A stretch of DNA of 64,000 bases, from positions 158,084 to 222,083 of the forward strand of contig CAZCUD010000006.1 of assembly GCA_964501785.1 (NCBI GenBank). The letters are read 5' to 3'. Each line of letters starts with the position of its first letter. Position 1 is the first letter of the stretch. Shown piece by piece: positions 26,073-35,274 of this stretch. The notes beneath the pieces are model-generated. The model saw only the letters and a program-made list of their open reading frames with translations, searched no databases and had not been told where the DNA came from. Made by a program: the position numbers and the translations under genes. The stretch is from an uncultured Bifidobacteriaceae bacterium. Its GTDB lineage: Bacteria; Actinomycetota; Acidimicrobiia; IMCC26256; PALSA-555.

Positions 26073-27166
26073 CGCTCGCGCCGACGCTGGGGACGCGCCG
26101 CGGGCCGGAGCCGCGATCGATCGACGGCGCGATCGCCGCGCTCGACGCGTCCGCCGACGAGCTCGGCGGTGCGCTCGGGGTCGACGGCCCGGCGCTGCTG
26201 CGCGAGCGGGCCGCGATCCTCGGCATCGCGCCCGACGGCACGGTGTCGGCAGGGGGGTCGTGCCGGCTGCTGCGCGCGGGCGACGGCCGGTGGGTGGCGA
26301 TGAACCTGGCGCGCCGCAGCGACACCGAGCTGCTCGGCGCGTGGATGGCTCGCGACTGGCCGGCGCCCGGGGAGTCGAACGCTCCCTGGGACGCGGTCCG
26401 CGCCCACGTGGCGACGGTCGCCGCCGAGCCGGCGGTCGAGCGGGCCCAGCTGCTGGGCATCCCGGCTGCGGTCGCGGTTCCCGCCTCCGGCGCTTCGGTC
26501 CCGGTGCGGCTGACACGAGGTGCCCCGCGGCAGGCAGCGCTCGCGCGTCGGGTGGTGCTCGACCTGTCGTCGCTGTGGGCCGGTCCGCTGTGCGCCCGGC
26601 TCCTCGGGACGCGCGGCGCCTTGGTGCGCAAGGTCGAGCTGGTCGATCGCCCCGACGGGGCGCGGGCGGGCGATCCCGAGTTCTGGCGCCGGCTCAACGG
26701 TGCGAAGCAGGACGTCGCGGTGCGGCGCGACGAGCTGGCGCGCATGGTCGACGGCGTCGACGTGGTCGTCACCTCGGCCCGTCCGCGTGGTGTCGAGCAG
26801 CTCGGCCTCGATCTCGAGCGCCGCGTCCACGACGAGGGGATCGTGTGGGTGACGATCACCGGGTACGGCTACCGGAGCGAGTGGCGCGACCGGGTGGCGT
26901 TCGGCGACGACGCCGCGGTCGCCGGTGGTCTCGCCGTCGCGGCCGGTGGTGAGCGCCCGGTCTTCGTCGGTGATGCGCCGGCGGACCCGTTGAGCGGCCT
27001 GCACGCCGCACGGGCGGCGACGTCGCTGCTCGACGAAGGTGTCGGAGGAGTGGTCGACGTGAGCATGCGCGACGTGGTCGCGCACGCCCTGGTGTCGGCC
27101 GGGTACGGTGCAGACGACCAGCAGCCGGGTGCTCGAGCGCACGGCTCTGACGTGGAGGATGCGTGA
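26069..27166 (+). CDS. Family III CoA-transferase-like protein with non-canonical segment order
   Basis: Tail of ORF 25496..27166. The CaiB-type Rossmann motif VVLDLSSLWAGPLCARLLGTRGALVRKVE lies mid-protein. The small-domain-like block CRLLRAGDGRWVAMNL...LLGIPAAVAVP precedes it. There is no ATG/GTG/TTG before GTG 26243, so the start is set at CTG 26069 (CTGA overlap with the SDR stop). The boundary is uncertain. Confidence 0.6.
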   Translation: MTLAPTLGTRRGPEPRSIDGAIAALDASADELGGALGVDGPALLRERAAILGIAPDGTVSAGGSCRLLRAGDGRWVAMNLARRSDTELLGAWMARDWPAPGESNAPWDAVRAHVATVAAEPAVERAQLLGIPAAVAVPASGASVPVRLTRGAPRQAALARRVVLDLSSLWAGPLCARLLGTRGALVRKVELVDRPDGARAGDPEFWRRLNGAKQDVAVRRDELARMVDGVDVVVTSARPRGVEQLGLDLERRVHDEGIVWVTITGYGYRSEWRDRVAFGDDAAVAGGLAVAAGGERPVFVGDAPADPLSGLHAARAATSLLDEGVGGVVDVSMRDVVAHALVSAGYGADDQQPGARAHGSDVEDA

Positions 27167-27660
27167 TGGCCCGACTCGAGCTGCCCGAAGGTGACCAGCC
27201 GGAGATCGTGAAGATCTGGTCGCTGCGCCCCGAGATGGGAGCCGCGGTGGCTGGCCTGTCCACCGCGGTGTACCAGCAGAGCCAGCTGCCGCCCCGGGTG
27301 CGCGAGGCGGCGCGGATGCGGGTCGCCCAGATCAACGGCTGCGTGGTGTGCCAGGGCTGGCGCATCCCCGAGCTCGCCGAGCAGGGCGTCGACGAGGAGC
27401 TCTACGCCGACGTCGCCGACTGGAAGACGGCGCCGCAGTACTCCGACCAGGAGCGACTGGCGATCGAGTACGCGGAGCGCTTCTGCCTCGACCATCGCGG
27501 CATCGACGACGCGTTCTTCGCGCGGCTGAAGGAGCACTTCACCGACCCGGAGATCCTCGACCTCACGATCTGCATCGGCAACTGGGTCGCGTTCGGACGG
27601 CTCACGATGCTGCTCGACCTCGACGAGGCCTGCGAGGTGCGTCCGCGCGCCACGGTGTGA
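27166..27660 (+). CDS. Carboxymuconolactone decarboxylase (AhpD-like) family protein
   Basis: ORF 27163..27660, starting at ATG 27166 (1-nt overlap with the upstream TGA). It has the AhpD-like CxxC (INGCVVCQGW). Confidence 0.85.
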   Translation: MARLELPEGDQPEIVKIWSLRPEMGAAVAGLSTAVYQQSQLPPRVREAARMRVAQINGCVVCQGWRIPELAEQGVDEELYADVADWKTAPQYSDQERLAIEYAERFCLDHRGIDDAFFARLKEHFTDPEILDLTICIGNWVAFGRLTMLLDLDEACEVRPRATV

Positions 27661-27667
27661 GGCGCGG

Positions 27668-28888
27668 GTGACATCGGTACCCACCAGCGTGCCGGGCACC
27701 GGCGCACCGGATCTGTTCGACCTCTCGCTGTTCGCCGACGGCCCGCCGCACGAGCTCTTCGCACGCCTGCGGGCAGAGTCACCGGTGACGTTCTTGCCCG
27801 AGCGCGACGGGCCCGGCTTCTGGGGCGTCTTCTCGTACGACGAGCTGTTCGAGGTCTCGCGCCAGCCGCAGCGCTTCGGCTCGTACCCGAGCGTCTTCAT
27901 CCACGACGACGAGGGCGAGGAGACGGGCGCGAGCGAGCTGATGCTCAACCAGGACCCGCCCCGCCACACCCAGCTGCGGAAGCTGGTCAACAAGGGCTTC
28001 ACGCCGCGCCAGATCAATGCGCTCGAGCCGCGCATCCGCGAGCGGGTCGGGGCGATCCTCGACAGCGCAGCGGCGCAGGGAACGTTCGACCTCGTCAGCG
28101 ACCTCGCGGTCGAGGTGCCACTCCAGGTGATCGCGGAGCTCGTCGGCGTGCCCGAGGACGAGCGCCACACGGTGTTCGCGTGGACCGAGCGCATGATGAC
28201 GATCGACGATCCCGAGTCGGAGGGGGGCGTCGAGGACGCACGTGCCGCGATCGGCGAGATGTTCGCCTACGTCGACCGCCTCGCCGCCGAGCGCGCCGAG
28301 AGCGACGGCGACGACCTGCTGAGCGTGCTGCTGCGCGCCGAGGTCGACGGTGACCGGTTGACGCCGCTCGACGTCGATCTGTTCTTCATGCTGCTGATGA
28401 ACGCGGGCAGCGAGACGACCCGCAACCTCATCACCGGCGGGATGCTGACGCTGTTCCAGCAGCCCGACGAGCGGGAGCGACTCGCGAGCGATGCCGCGCT
28501 GCTCCCCACGGCGATCGAGGAGATGCTCCGCTGGGTGACGCCCGTGATGCACTTCCGGCGGACGGCGCGTGCCGACACCGAGCTCGGCGGCCAGGAGATC
28601 CGCGAAGGCGACAAGGTCGTGATGTGGTACTCGTCGGCGAACCGCGACGAGTCGCAGTTCCCCGATGCCGATCGCTTCGACGTCGGGCGCACACCCAACG
28701 ACCACGTCGCGTTCGGCGCCGGCGGCCCTCACTTCTGCCTCGGTGCGAGCCTCGCCCGCCTCGAGGCGCGGATCGTGTTCGAGGAGCTGCTCGAGCGGAT
28801 GCCCCGCCTCGCACCCGCCGGGCCGGTGAAGCGCCTCGGGTCCAACTTCATCAACGGCATCAAGTCGCTCCCCGTCACGACCGGCTGA
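27668..28888 (+). CDS. Cytochrome P450
   Basis: ORF track with a GTG start. It has the I-helix NAGSETTRN, ExxR (EEMLRW) and the heme loop FGAGGPHFCLG. Confidence 0.95.
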   Translation: MTSVPTSVPGTGAPDLFDLSLFADGPPHELFARLRAESPVTFLPERDGPGFWGVFSYDELFEVSRQPQRFGSYPSVFIHDDEGEETGASELMLNQDPPRHTQLRKLVNKGFTPRQINALEPRIRERVGAILDSAAAQGTFDLVSDLAVEVPLQVIAELVGVPEDERHTVFAWTERMMTIDDPESEGGVEDARAAIGEMFAYVDRLAAERAESDGDDLLSVLLRAEVDGDRLTPLDVDLFFMLLMNAGSETTRNLITGGMLTLFQQPDERERLASDAALLPTAIEEMLRWVTPVMHFRRTARADTELGGQEIREGDKVVMWYSSANRDESQFPDADRFDVGRTPNDHVAFGAGGPHFCLGASLARLEARIVFEELLERMPRLAPAGPVKRLGSNFINGIKSLPVTTG

Positions 28889-28897
28889 GGCGCTGCC

Positions 28898-29584
28898 GTG
28901 GACGCACCGCTCGCCGGCAAGCGCGTCGTCGTCACGGGCACCGAGTCCGACGTGGGGCGTGACCTGCTCGAGGGCGTGCTCGACGGCGGTCCCGCCCACG
29001 CGACCGGGATCGCGACGGACGACCTCGCGACGAAGGAGCAGGTCGACCTCCAGGTCGAGCAGGCAGCCGAGGCGGGGGGTGGGCCGATCGACGTCGTCGT
29101 CCATGCGGCGATGCCTGCGATCGCGTTCGAGGCGACCGACCTCGCCGACGTCGACGACGAGCGCTGGGACGCGGTGTGGGAGGGCACGATGCGCTCCACG
29201 CTGTTCGTGCTCCAGGCCGCGTACCGGCAGATGGCGGGGCGCGGGGGCTCGATCGTCCTCGTGACGCCGACGGTGTCGATGTCGGGCGCGGAGCGCCTCG
29301 TGCCCTACACGACCGCCGTCGAGGGCCAGCGCCTCCTCGCCAAGTCCGCGGCTCGACAGTGGGGACCCGACGGGATCCGGGTCAACTGCGTCGCGCCCGC
29401 GCCCGAGCAGGTGCCGATCGGGGTCGACTCGATGTCGGTGTCGCTCGCGCCGCCCGCGCTCGGCGGACCGGGTGACGTCACCGACGACGTCGGTCCCGTC
29501 GTCGTGTGGCTCGCGAGCGATGCCGCACACTTCGTCACCGGTGTGACCGTGTGCGCCGACGGCGGCGTCTGGATGGCACCGTGA
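28898..29584 (+). CDS. SDR-fold protein with degenerate cofactor and catalytic motifs
   Basis: ORF track with a GTG start. TGTESDVG replaces TGxxxGxG. The catalytic Tyr is present but the +4 Lys is Val (YTTAV). The rest is collinear with SDRs (IRVNCVAP). Confidence 0.75.
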   Translation: MDAPLAGKRVVVTGTESDVGRDLLEGVLDGGPAHATGIATDDLATKEQVDLQVEQAAEAGGGPIDVVVHAAMPAIAFEATDLADVDDERWDAVWEGTMRSTLFVLQAAYRQMAGRGGSIVLVTPTVSMSGAERLVPYTTAVEGQRLLAKSAARQWGPDGIRVNCVAPAPEQVPIGVDSMSVSLAPPALGGPGDVTDDVGPVVVWLASDAAHFVTGVTVCADGGVWMAP

Positions 29585-30372
29585 GCGCGACCACGCCGGG
29601 TTCGGCGGGCACGCGGCTCGAGGGCCGCACGGTCGTCGTCACCGGCGCGGGCCAAGGGGTGGGCGAGGGGATCGCGCTCGCCTGTGCGGCGCAGGGCGCC
29701 AACGTGGTGATCGCCGCGCGGCGTGCGGAGACCGGAGAGCCGGTGGCCGAGGCGATCCGGGCGCGGGGCGACGAGGCGGTGTGCATCGTCACCGACGTCA
29801 CCAGTCGCGAGTCGATGGAGGCGTGCGTCGCGCAGACCGTCGAGCGGTACGGCGGCCTCGAGGTGATGGTGCACAACGCTTACCGAGGTGCCGCGCCGCA
29901 CCGCCTCGAAGACCTCGAACTCGAGCTGTGGGAGCGCAACTCGCGCACCGCGGTGTGGGGCTCCTACTACTCGGCCGTGCTCGCGTTCCCGCACCTGCGC
30001 GCCGCCGACGGCAAGGGGCGGCTCATCCTGATCACGTCGCCGTCCGGGGTGGAGGGGAGCGTCAACATCCCGATCTACTCGCCGGTGAAGGCCGCGCAGC
30101 GCGCGATCGCCAAGTCGCTGTCGCGCGAGTGGGGCCCGCTCGGCATCACGGTGAACTGCATCGCGCCGGTGGCCGCCAGCCCCGCGCTCGTCGGCGCGTT
30201 CGAGCAGAACCCGGTGCTCGAGGAGCGGGTCACCGCCCGCACCTCGCTGCGGCGGATCGGCGACCTCGAGCACGACATCGGCCCGGTCGCGGTCTTCCTG
30301 GCGAGCGACGACGGTGGGTACGTCACCGGCCAGACCGTGGTCTGCGACGGCGGCTCGTTCATGGGGCTGTAG
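29581..30372 (+). CDS. SDR-family oxidoreductase
   Basis: Tail of ORF 29506..30372. GTG 29581 forms a GTGA overlap with the upstream stop. Motifs TGAGQGVG and YSPVK are intact. Confidence 0.9.
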   Translation: MSATTPGSAGTRLEGRTVVVTGAGQGVGEGIALACAAQGANVVIAARRAETGEPVAEAIRARGDEAVCIVTDVTSRESMEACVAQTVERYGGLEVMVHNAYRGAAPHRLEDLELELWERNSRTAVWGSYYSAVLAFPHLRAADGKGRLILITSPSGVEGSVNIPIYSPVKAAQRAIAKSLSREWGPLGITVNCIAPVAASPALVGAFEQNPVLEERVTARTSLRRIGDLEHDIGPVAVFLASDDGGYVTGQTVVCDGGSFMGL

Positions 30373-30383
30373 AGGCGCCGGAG

Positions 30384-30791
30384 ATGGACGCCCGTTCGCT
30401 CGACGACGCGCTCGCCCGCCGTCCGGATCTCCGCGGCCCGCTCGACGACCTGGTGGCGACGATCCGCTCCGGGCCCGTCGAGGCCGACCTCCTCGACGGC
30501 TGCGACGCGCTGATCCGCCACCGCATCGGGGTCGCGCCGAGCGGCCCGGTGCCCGACGTCGGCGCCGCGTCGCTCGACGACCGCACGCGCGCGGTGCTGG
30601 TGATGGCCGAGCAGTTCGTCGTCGATCCGCACGGCATCGACGTGTCGATGCGCGACGCGGTGCTCGACCACTGCTCGCTCGCCGAGCTCGCGACGCTCGT
30701 GCAGGCGTTCGCGGTGTTCGACGCCCGAGCCCGGATGGAGGCAGTCTTGGTGGAGCAGGACGGAACCGCGGATCAGGAGGCGAGCGGATGA
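30384..30791 (+). CDS. AhpD/CMD-like helical protein lacking the CxxC motif
   Basis: Tail of ORF 29781..30791, starting at ATG 30384 after GGAG. It is helical and CMD-like (LDDRTRAVLVMAEQFVVDPHGI) but has no CxxC. Confidence 0.6.
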   Translation: MDARSLDDALARRPDLRGPLDDLVATIRSGPVEADLLDGCDALIRHRIGVAPSGPVPDVGAASLDDRTRAVLVMAEQFVVDPHGIDVSMRDAVLDHCSLAELATLVQAFAVFDARARMEAVLVEQDGTADQEASG

Positions 30792-31303
30792 CGGAGGCCC
30801 GGCACGCACCGCCGAAGGCTCGACACCGGGTCCCGCCCGACGTCCTCGACCAGAACCCCGAGGCCGCGGCGGCGTTCTGGCGCCTCTACGGGACCTTGTG
30901 GAGCCACGGGACCGTCGACATGCCCACGAAGGAGGTCGCGCGCCTGCGCAACGCCCGCACGACCGGGTGCAACTACTGCAAGGCGGTGCGCTTCGAGGGC
31001 GCGCGCGACGCGGGCCTCACGGAGGATCGGGTCGACCTGATCACCGACGACTATGCGGCGAGCGACCTGTCGGTCCGCGACAAGGCGGTCATCCGCTACG
31101 TCGACACGATGTTGCACGACCCGCACGGCATGACACCCGAGCTGCGGGCCGAGCTCGCGGCGGAGCTCGACGACGGCCAGCTCGTCGAGCTGACCCTCGG
31201 CATCGGGCTCTTCCACGGCTTCTCCAAGATCGCGGTCGCCCTCGGGCCACCCCCCGACATGCCGACGATGATCGTCCCCACCCCCGACGTCCCGCCGGCC
31301 TGA
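30788..31303 (+). CDS. Carboxymuconolactone decarboxylase (AhpD-like) family protein
   Basis: Tail of ORF 30314..31303, starting at ATG 30788 (ATGA overlap). It has the CxxC motif (TGCNYCKAV). Confidence 0.85.
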   Translation: MTEARHAPPKARHRVPPDVLDQNPEAAAAFWRLYGTLWSHGTVDMPTKEVARLRNARTTGCNYCKAVRFEGARDAGLTEDRVDLITDDYAASDLSVRDKAVIRYVDTMLHDPHGMTPELRAELAAELDDGQLVELTLGIGLFHGFSKIAVALGPPPDMPTMIVPTPDVPPA

Positions 31304-31311
31304 ACCGTTTC

Positions 31312-31350
31312 GGCGTCAGCAGACCCGGCTGACGCGGGACTGCTGACGCC
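31312..31350. terminator. Hairpin between convergent CMD gene and amine oxidase gene
   Basis: GGCGTCAGCAG (31312-31322) pairs with CTGCTGACGCC (31340-31350). The stem is 11 bp and the loop is 17 nt. Confidence 0.5.
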
Positions 31351-31367
31351 AGAACGATCGGCGCGGG

Positions 31368-32783
31368 CTAGTAGATCGTGCGGAGGACCTGCATCGCGTC
31401 GGCGACGATCTCGGCGTCCGAGCGGGACTCCAGCCGGCGGGCGTAGCCGGCGGCGTTGAAGCCGATGAGGATCGGCTCGTCGGTGAGGCGGGAGAGGTCG
31501 TACCACTCGTTCCAGCGCCCTTTGACCGGCGACACGTACTCGATCAGCTCGACGTCGCGGTCCCAGAAGACGCGCGGGAATCGCAGCCAGAGCTTGTCGA
31601 GCAGACCCATGCCGAGGCTCGAGATCGCGGTGCGGATCGGGCGCGGCAGCGGTGGGTCGAAGCGGACCGCGTCCTGCTGGAGCACGCCGAGGGGGAGCGT
31701 CACGACGACGTGGTCGGCGGTGAACGTCTCGACGCCGGTCTCCGGTCCGGCCTGGGACTCGCTGGACGTGCGGACCTCGCGCCCCGACCAGTCGATCGCG
31801 CGGACGACGTGCTTGAGGCGCACATCGAGGCCCTCGGCCAGCAGCGCGGGCAGCCACGCGTAGCCCGTCTCCGGCATGAGGACGTCACCGCCGGGGAACG
31901 CCTCGTCGTCGTCCCACCAGTGCAGCGAGAGCTCGTCGACGTCGGCCGCGTACTCGAGCTCGATGTTGACGGTGATGGCGTGGTCGACGCCGAGGCGTTC
32001 GGTTCGCGACCAGCCGCGCCGACGCATGACGTCGTCCATCGCCCGCCCCAGCGATGTGTCCGCGTCACGACGTTCGCGTGCTCGATCGACGGCGCGCAGG
32101 AGCTCCTCGAAGCGTCGGTAGATCGCTCGCTCGTCGCGTGCCGACGCACCAGTGCCGTCGGGGAGGTAGAGGCGCGAGCTGTCGTAGTCGGTGGGCGCGC
32201 GGGGGATCCGGGCTTCGTCGGCCAGCTCGGTCACGGGGTTCCCGCGCACGCCGTGGATCCACGAACCGCCGAGGTCGAGGGGCAGCCCGAGATCGTCGAC
32301 GGTGTGGACCCGCCCGCCGATGCGGTCGCGGGCTTCGAGCACCGTCACCCGGTGCCCGGCGTCGGCGAGCTCGCGCGCCGCCGCCAGCCCCGCGACGCCC
32401 GCGCCGACGACGAGCACGGTCGCGCTGCCCCCGGCGACGTCGACGACGTCGCGGGCGACCCGCCGCCCGGAGAGGAGCGCCCCGTGCACGGTGGCGGCGT
32501 GATCGACCGAGGTCGCCTCGCCGGCGAAGAAGACCCGGCCGTCGACGGGCCGGGCCAGTGCCCGACGATCGTCGCTGCTCGCGCCGACGCCGATGAAGGA
32601 GTACGAGCCGAGCGCGAACGGGTCGTCGCCCCACCGGGTGATCAGGTACCCGATCGGGTCGGGGATCCCCTGGGTCGGCGGCGTGCCGGCGCGGGCGATC
32701 GAACCGCGGACCGCGAGTCCACCGAGCGCGAGCGCACCGGCACCGGCCAGGAACGACCGGCGGCTCGGCCGCGCCGGGCTCAC
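31368..32783 (-). CDS. Tat-signal flavin-containing amine oxidase, circularly permuted relative to canonical family order
   Basis: ORF track. GTG 32783 overlaps the upstream stop (GTGA). It has a twin-arginine signal [10 protein letters not shown]. The canonical C-terminal block ([15 protein letters not shown]...FFAGEAT...HGALLSG) precedes the FAD fold [36 protein letters not shown]. Confidence 0.9.
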   Translation of the reverse strand: MSPARPSRRSFLAGAGALALGGLAVRGSIARAGTPPTQGIPDPIGYLITRWGDDPFALGSYSFIGVGASSDDRRALARPVDGRVFFAGEATSVDHAATVHGALLSGRRVARDVVDVAGGSATVLVVGAGVAGLAAARELADAGHRVTVLEARDRIGGRVHTVDDLGLPLDLGGSWIHGVRGNPVTELADEARIPRAPTDYDSSRLYLPDGTGASARDERAIYRRFEELLRAVDRARERRDADTSLGRAMDDVMRRRGWSRTERLGVDHAITVNIELEYAADVDELSLHWWDDDEAFPGGDVLMPETGYAWLPALLAEGLDVRLKHVVRAIDWSGREVRTSSESQAGPETGVETFTADHVVVTLPLGVLQQDAVRFDPPLPRPIRTAISSLGMGLLDKLWLRFPRVFWDRDVELIEYVSPVKGRWNEWYDLSRLTDEPILIGFNAAGYARRLESRSDAEIVADAMQVLRTIY

Positions 32784-34210
32784 GTCGCGCCGAGCTCCTC
32801 GCGCACCGTGCGCCGCAGGATCTTGCCCGTGGCGGTGTGGGGCAGCTCGTCGCGGATCACGATCGTCTCGGGCGTCTTCAGGCTCCCGAGATGCCCGCGG
32901 ACGTGGGCGCGCAGCTCGTCCTCGTCGGCCGCTGCTCCGGCCCGCAGCGACACCATCGCGACGACGCGCTCACCCCACTCCTCGTCGGGGATGCCGACGA
33001 CCGCGGCCGCGCCCACCGCGGCATGGTGCAGCAGCGCGTCCTCGACCTCGGCAACGCCGATGTTCTCGCCCCCGCGGATGATCGTGTCGTCGCCGCGCCC
33101 CTCGACGAACAGGTAGCCGTCGTCATCGAGCCGCCCGAAGTCGCCGGTCGCGAGCCAGCCGTCGGCGTCGCGCGTCGACCCGACCCCGGCGTACTGGCCC
33201 GACACCTGCGCCCCGCGGAGATGGATCTCGCCGGTCGTTCCCGGGGCGCACTCCTGGCCGTCGCTGACGATGCGGACCTCGATGCCGGGCACGGGGCGAC
33301 CCGCGCAGCCGAGGCGCGCTCGCACGCGCGGCTCGTCGCTCGCGGCGGCGAGCCGGTGGTCGTCGGGCCCGAGGATGCAGACGGTGCTGCTCGTCTCGGT
33401 CAGGCCGTACGCGTTGACGAAGCCGGTGTCGGGCAACAGCTCGAGGGCTCGCTCGAGCACCGGCGTCGGCATCCGTGCGCCGCCGTAGGAGAGCGCGCGG
33501 AGCGCGGGCGGGCGCAGCGCGGGGTCGGCCTCGAGGACGTGGACGATGCGAGCCAGCATGGTCGGCACCAGGAACGCGTGCGTGATGCGCTCCTCCGTCG
33601 CTGCTTCGAGCCATGCCTCGGGCGTGAACTGGGGCAGCGGGACGATGCGGCGTCCCGCGTACGTCGACGTGAGCACGGCGGTCACGCCTGCGATGTGGAA
33701 CGGCGGGACTGCCAGGAGCACCGCCTCGTCCTCGTCCGCCGCCGCGAACTCCATGGTGTTGAGCTGGTAGGCGAGGAGCTGGTCGTGCTCGAGCACCGCC
33801 GCCTTTGGCTCGGCGGACGTGCCGCTGGTGAAGAGCAGCACCGCCGGGCGCGACGGCTCCTCGGGGTAGGGCGCGTCGTCGCCGCCGGGCATCGCGATCC
33901 ACGACTCGTCGGCGACCGCCGCGGGCTCGAGTCGGGCGAGGAGCGCGTCGCGGGCGTCGGCCGGCAAGCGGTAGTTGAGGGGCGCGTACGAGACCCCGGC
34001 CCAGGCGGCGCCGAAGAGCACGGCGGGCACGAGCGGTGACGTCTCGGTCACGAGGGCGACGTGGTCCACCTCGGCGGACGCCAGGTGCGCGCCGATCGCT
34101 CGGGCGCGCGCACGCAACGACGCGAAGGTGAGGCCGCCGTCGCGCGGGCCGATGGCGACCCGATCGCCGAGCCCGTCCGCGGCCATGTCGAGCAGCATTG
34201 CGATGTTCAC
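32780..34210 (-). CDS. Class I adenylate-forming enzyme (acyl-CoA ligase-like)
   Basis: ORF 32780..35170 trimmed to GTG 34210 (GTGA overlap; alternative ATG 34198). Motifs: [52 protein letters not shown]. Confidence 0.9.
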   Translation of the reverse strand: MNIAMLLDMAADGLGDRVAIGPRDGGLTFASLRARARAIGAHLASAEVDHVALVTETSPLVPAVLFGAAWAGVSYAPLNYRLPADARDALLARLEPAAVADESWIAMPGGDDAPYPEEPSRPAVLLFTSGTSAEPKAAVLEHDQLLAYQLNTMEFAAADEDEAVLLAVPPFHIAGVTAVLTSTYAGRRIVPLPQFTPEAWLEAATEERITHAFLVPTMLARIVHVLEADPALRPPALRALSYGGARMPTPVLERALELLPDTGFVNAYGLTETSSTVCILGPDDHRLAAASDEPRVRARLGCAGRPVPGIEVRIVSDGQECAPGTTGEIHLRGAQVSGQYAGVGSTRDADGWLATGDFGRLDDDGYLFVEGRGDDTIIRGGENIGVAEVEDALLHHAAVGAAAVVGIPDEEWGERVVAMVSLRAGAAADEDELRAHVRGHLGSLKTPETIVIRDELPHTATGKILRRTVREELGAT

Positions 34211-35274
34211 AGCGTCTCCGCGATCTCCAGGGCGCGTCCGCGCAGGTCTTCGGGCGGGACGACCTCGTCGACGACACCCAGCTCGCGCGCCTCGGCGGCC
34301 GAGATCGTACCGTCGCGCAGCAAGAGCCCGAGGACCGTGCGGCGCCCGGCGCGCCGGGCGATCGAGACCGTGCCGCCGGCGCCGGGGACGAGGCCGATCG
34401 ACTGCTCGGGGAGGCCGATGCGCGTGTCGTCGGCCGCGACGACGTGGTCGGCGAACGCAGCCAGCTCGATGCCGGCGCCGAGGCAGGTCCCGTGGATCGC
34501 GACGACGAGGCGCTCGTGGAGCGCGGCGAAGCGCGACGCGGGGGAGCGGAGCAGCCGCACGACGTGCGCGGTCGCCGGGTCGGGGAAGGTGGCAAACTCG
34601 TCGAGGTCGCCGCCGGACGAGAACGACGGTCCGTCCCCGCGCACGAGGATGCCCCCCTCGCCCCACGCGGCCGCGCCGAGGGCGGCGTCGAGCGCGTCGC
34701 GCATCGCGACGTCGAGCGCGTTGTGGCGGGCGCCGCGCGTGAGCACGATCTCGGTCACCCGCCCGTCGGCGCCCGCCCGGTCGACCCGGACGCGGGGCTC
34801 GTCGGCATCGCTCGCCGGACGGCGCGGCGTCGCCGCGCGCCACGCGAGGAACTCGGGCCCCGACTGGAGCACCGAGTAGGTCGCGGACTCGGCGACGAGG
34901 CCGTCGTCGACGTCGCTGCGGGGCGACCGCAGCAGGAGCGCCGCGCTCACCGCGGCGATCGGCGCCCGGGTGAACGCGGCCTCGAGCGAAGGGAGGTCGT
35001 CGGCGCGGACCGTCAGATCGAACGCGGCGGCGTAGGGCGCGTCGAAGGCGCCCTCGCGGTCGTCGGGCAGCTCCGCGGGGGGATCGACGGCGACGGTGAG
35101 CGCAGGGACGGCGCGCAGCACCGCTCGGCTCGAAGGTGGGATCGAGTCGGGCCACGGTGCCTCGAAGCACACGCAGGCGCCGGGACCGAGCCCTTCACGC
35201 AGGACTGCATCGAGCGCGCCGCCCCCCACGGACAGGACGTCGGCGCGGAGGTGGACGATCGCCCTCTTCTTCAG
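34207..35274 (-). CDS. Crotonase-fold protein: degenerate C-terminal crotonase segment fused upstream of an N-terminal crotonase core
   Basis: ORF 34207..35385. The part above 35274 overlaps the mini-protein gene in another frame. Homology begins at KKRAIVHLRADVLSVGGG, right after CTG 35274 (CTGA overlap). The alternative canonical start is GTG 35229. The second half is a normal crotonase core (GARHNALD...GDGPSFSSGGDL...HGTCLGAGIELA). Confidence 0.7.
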   Translation of the reverse strand: MKKRAIVHLRADVLSVGGGALDAVLREGLGPGACVCFEAPWPDSIPPSSRAVLRAVPALTVAVDPPAELPDDREGAFDAPYAAAFDLTVRADDLPSLEAAFTRAPIAAVSAALLLRSPRSDVDDGLVAESATYSVLQSGPEFLAWRAATPRRPASDADEPRVRVDRAGADGRVTEIVLTRGARHNALDVAMRDALDAALGAAAWGEGGILVRGDGPSFSSGGDLDEFATFPDPATAHVVRLLRSPASRFAALHERLVVAIHGTCLGAGIELAAFADHVVAADDTRIGLPEQSIGLVPGAGGTVSIARRAGRRTVLGLLLRDGTISAAEARELGVVDEVVPPEDLRGRALEIAETL

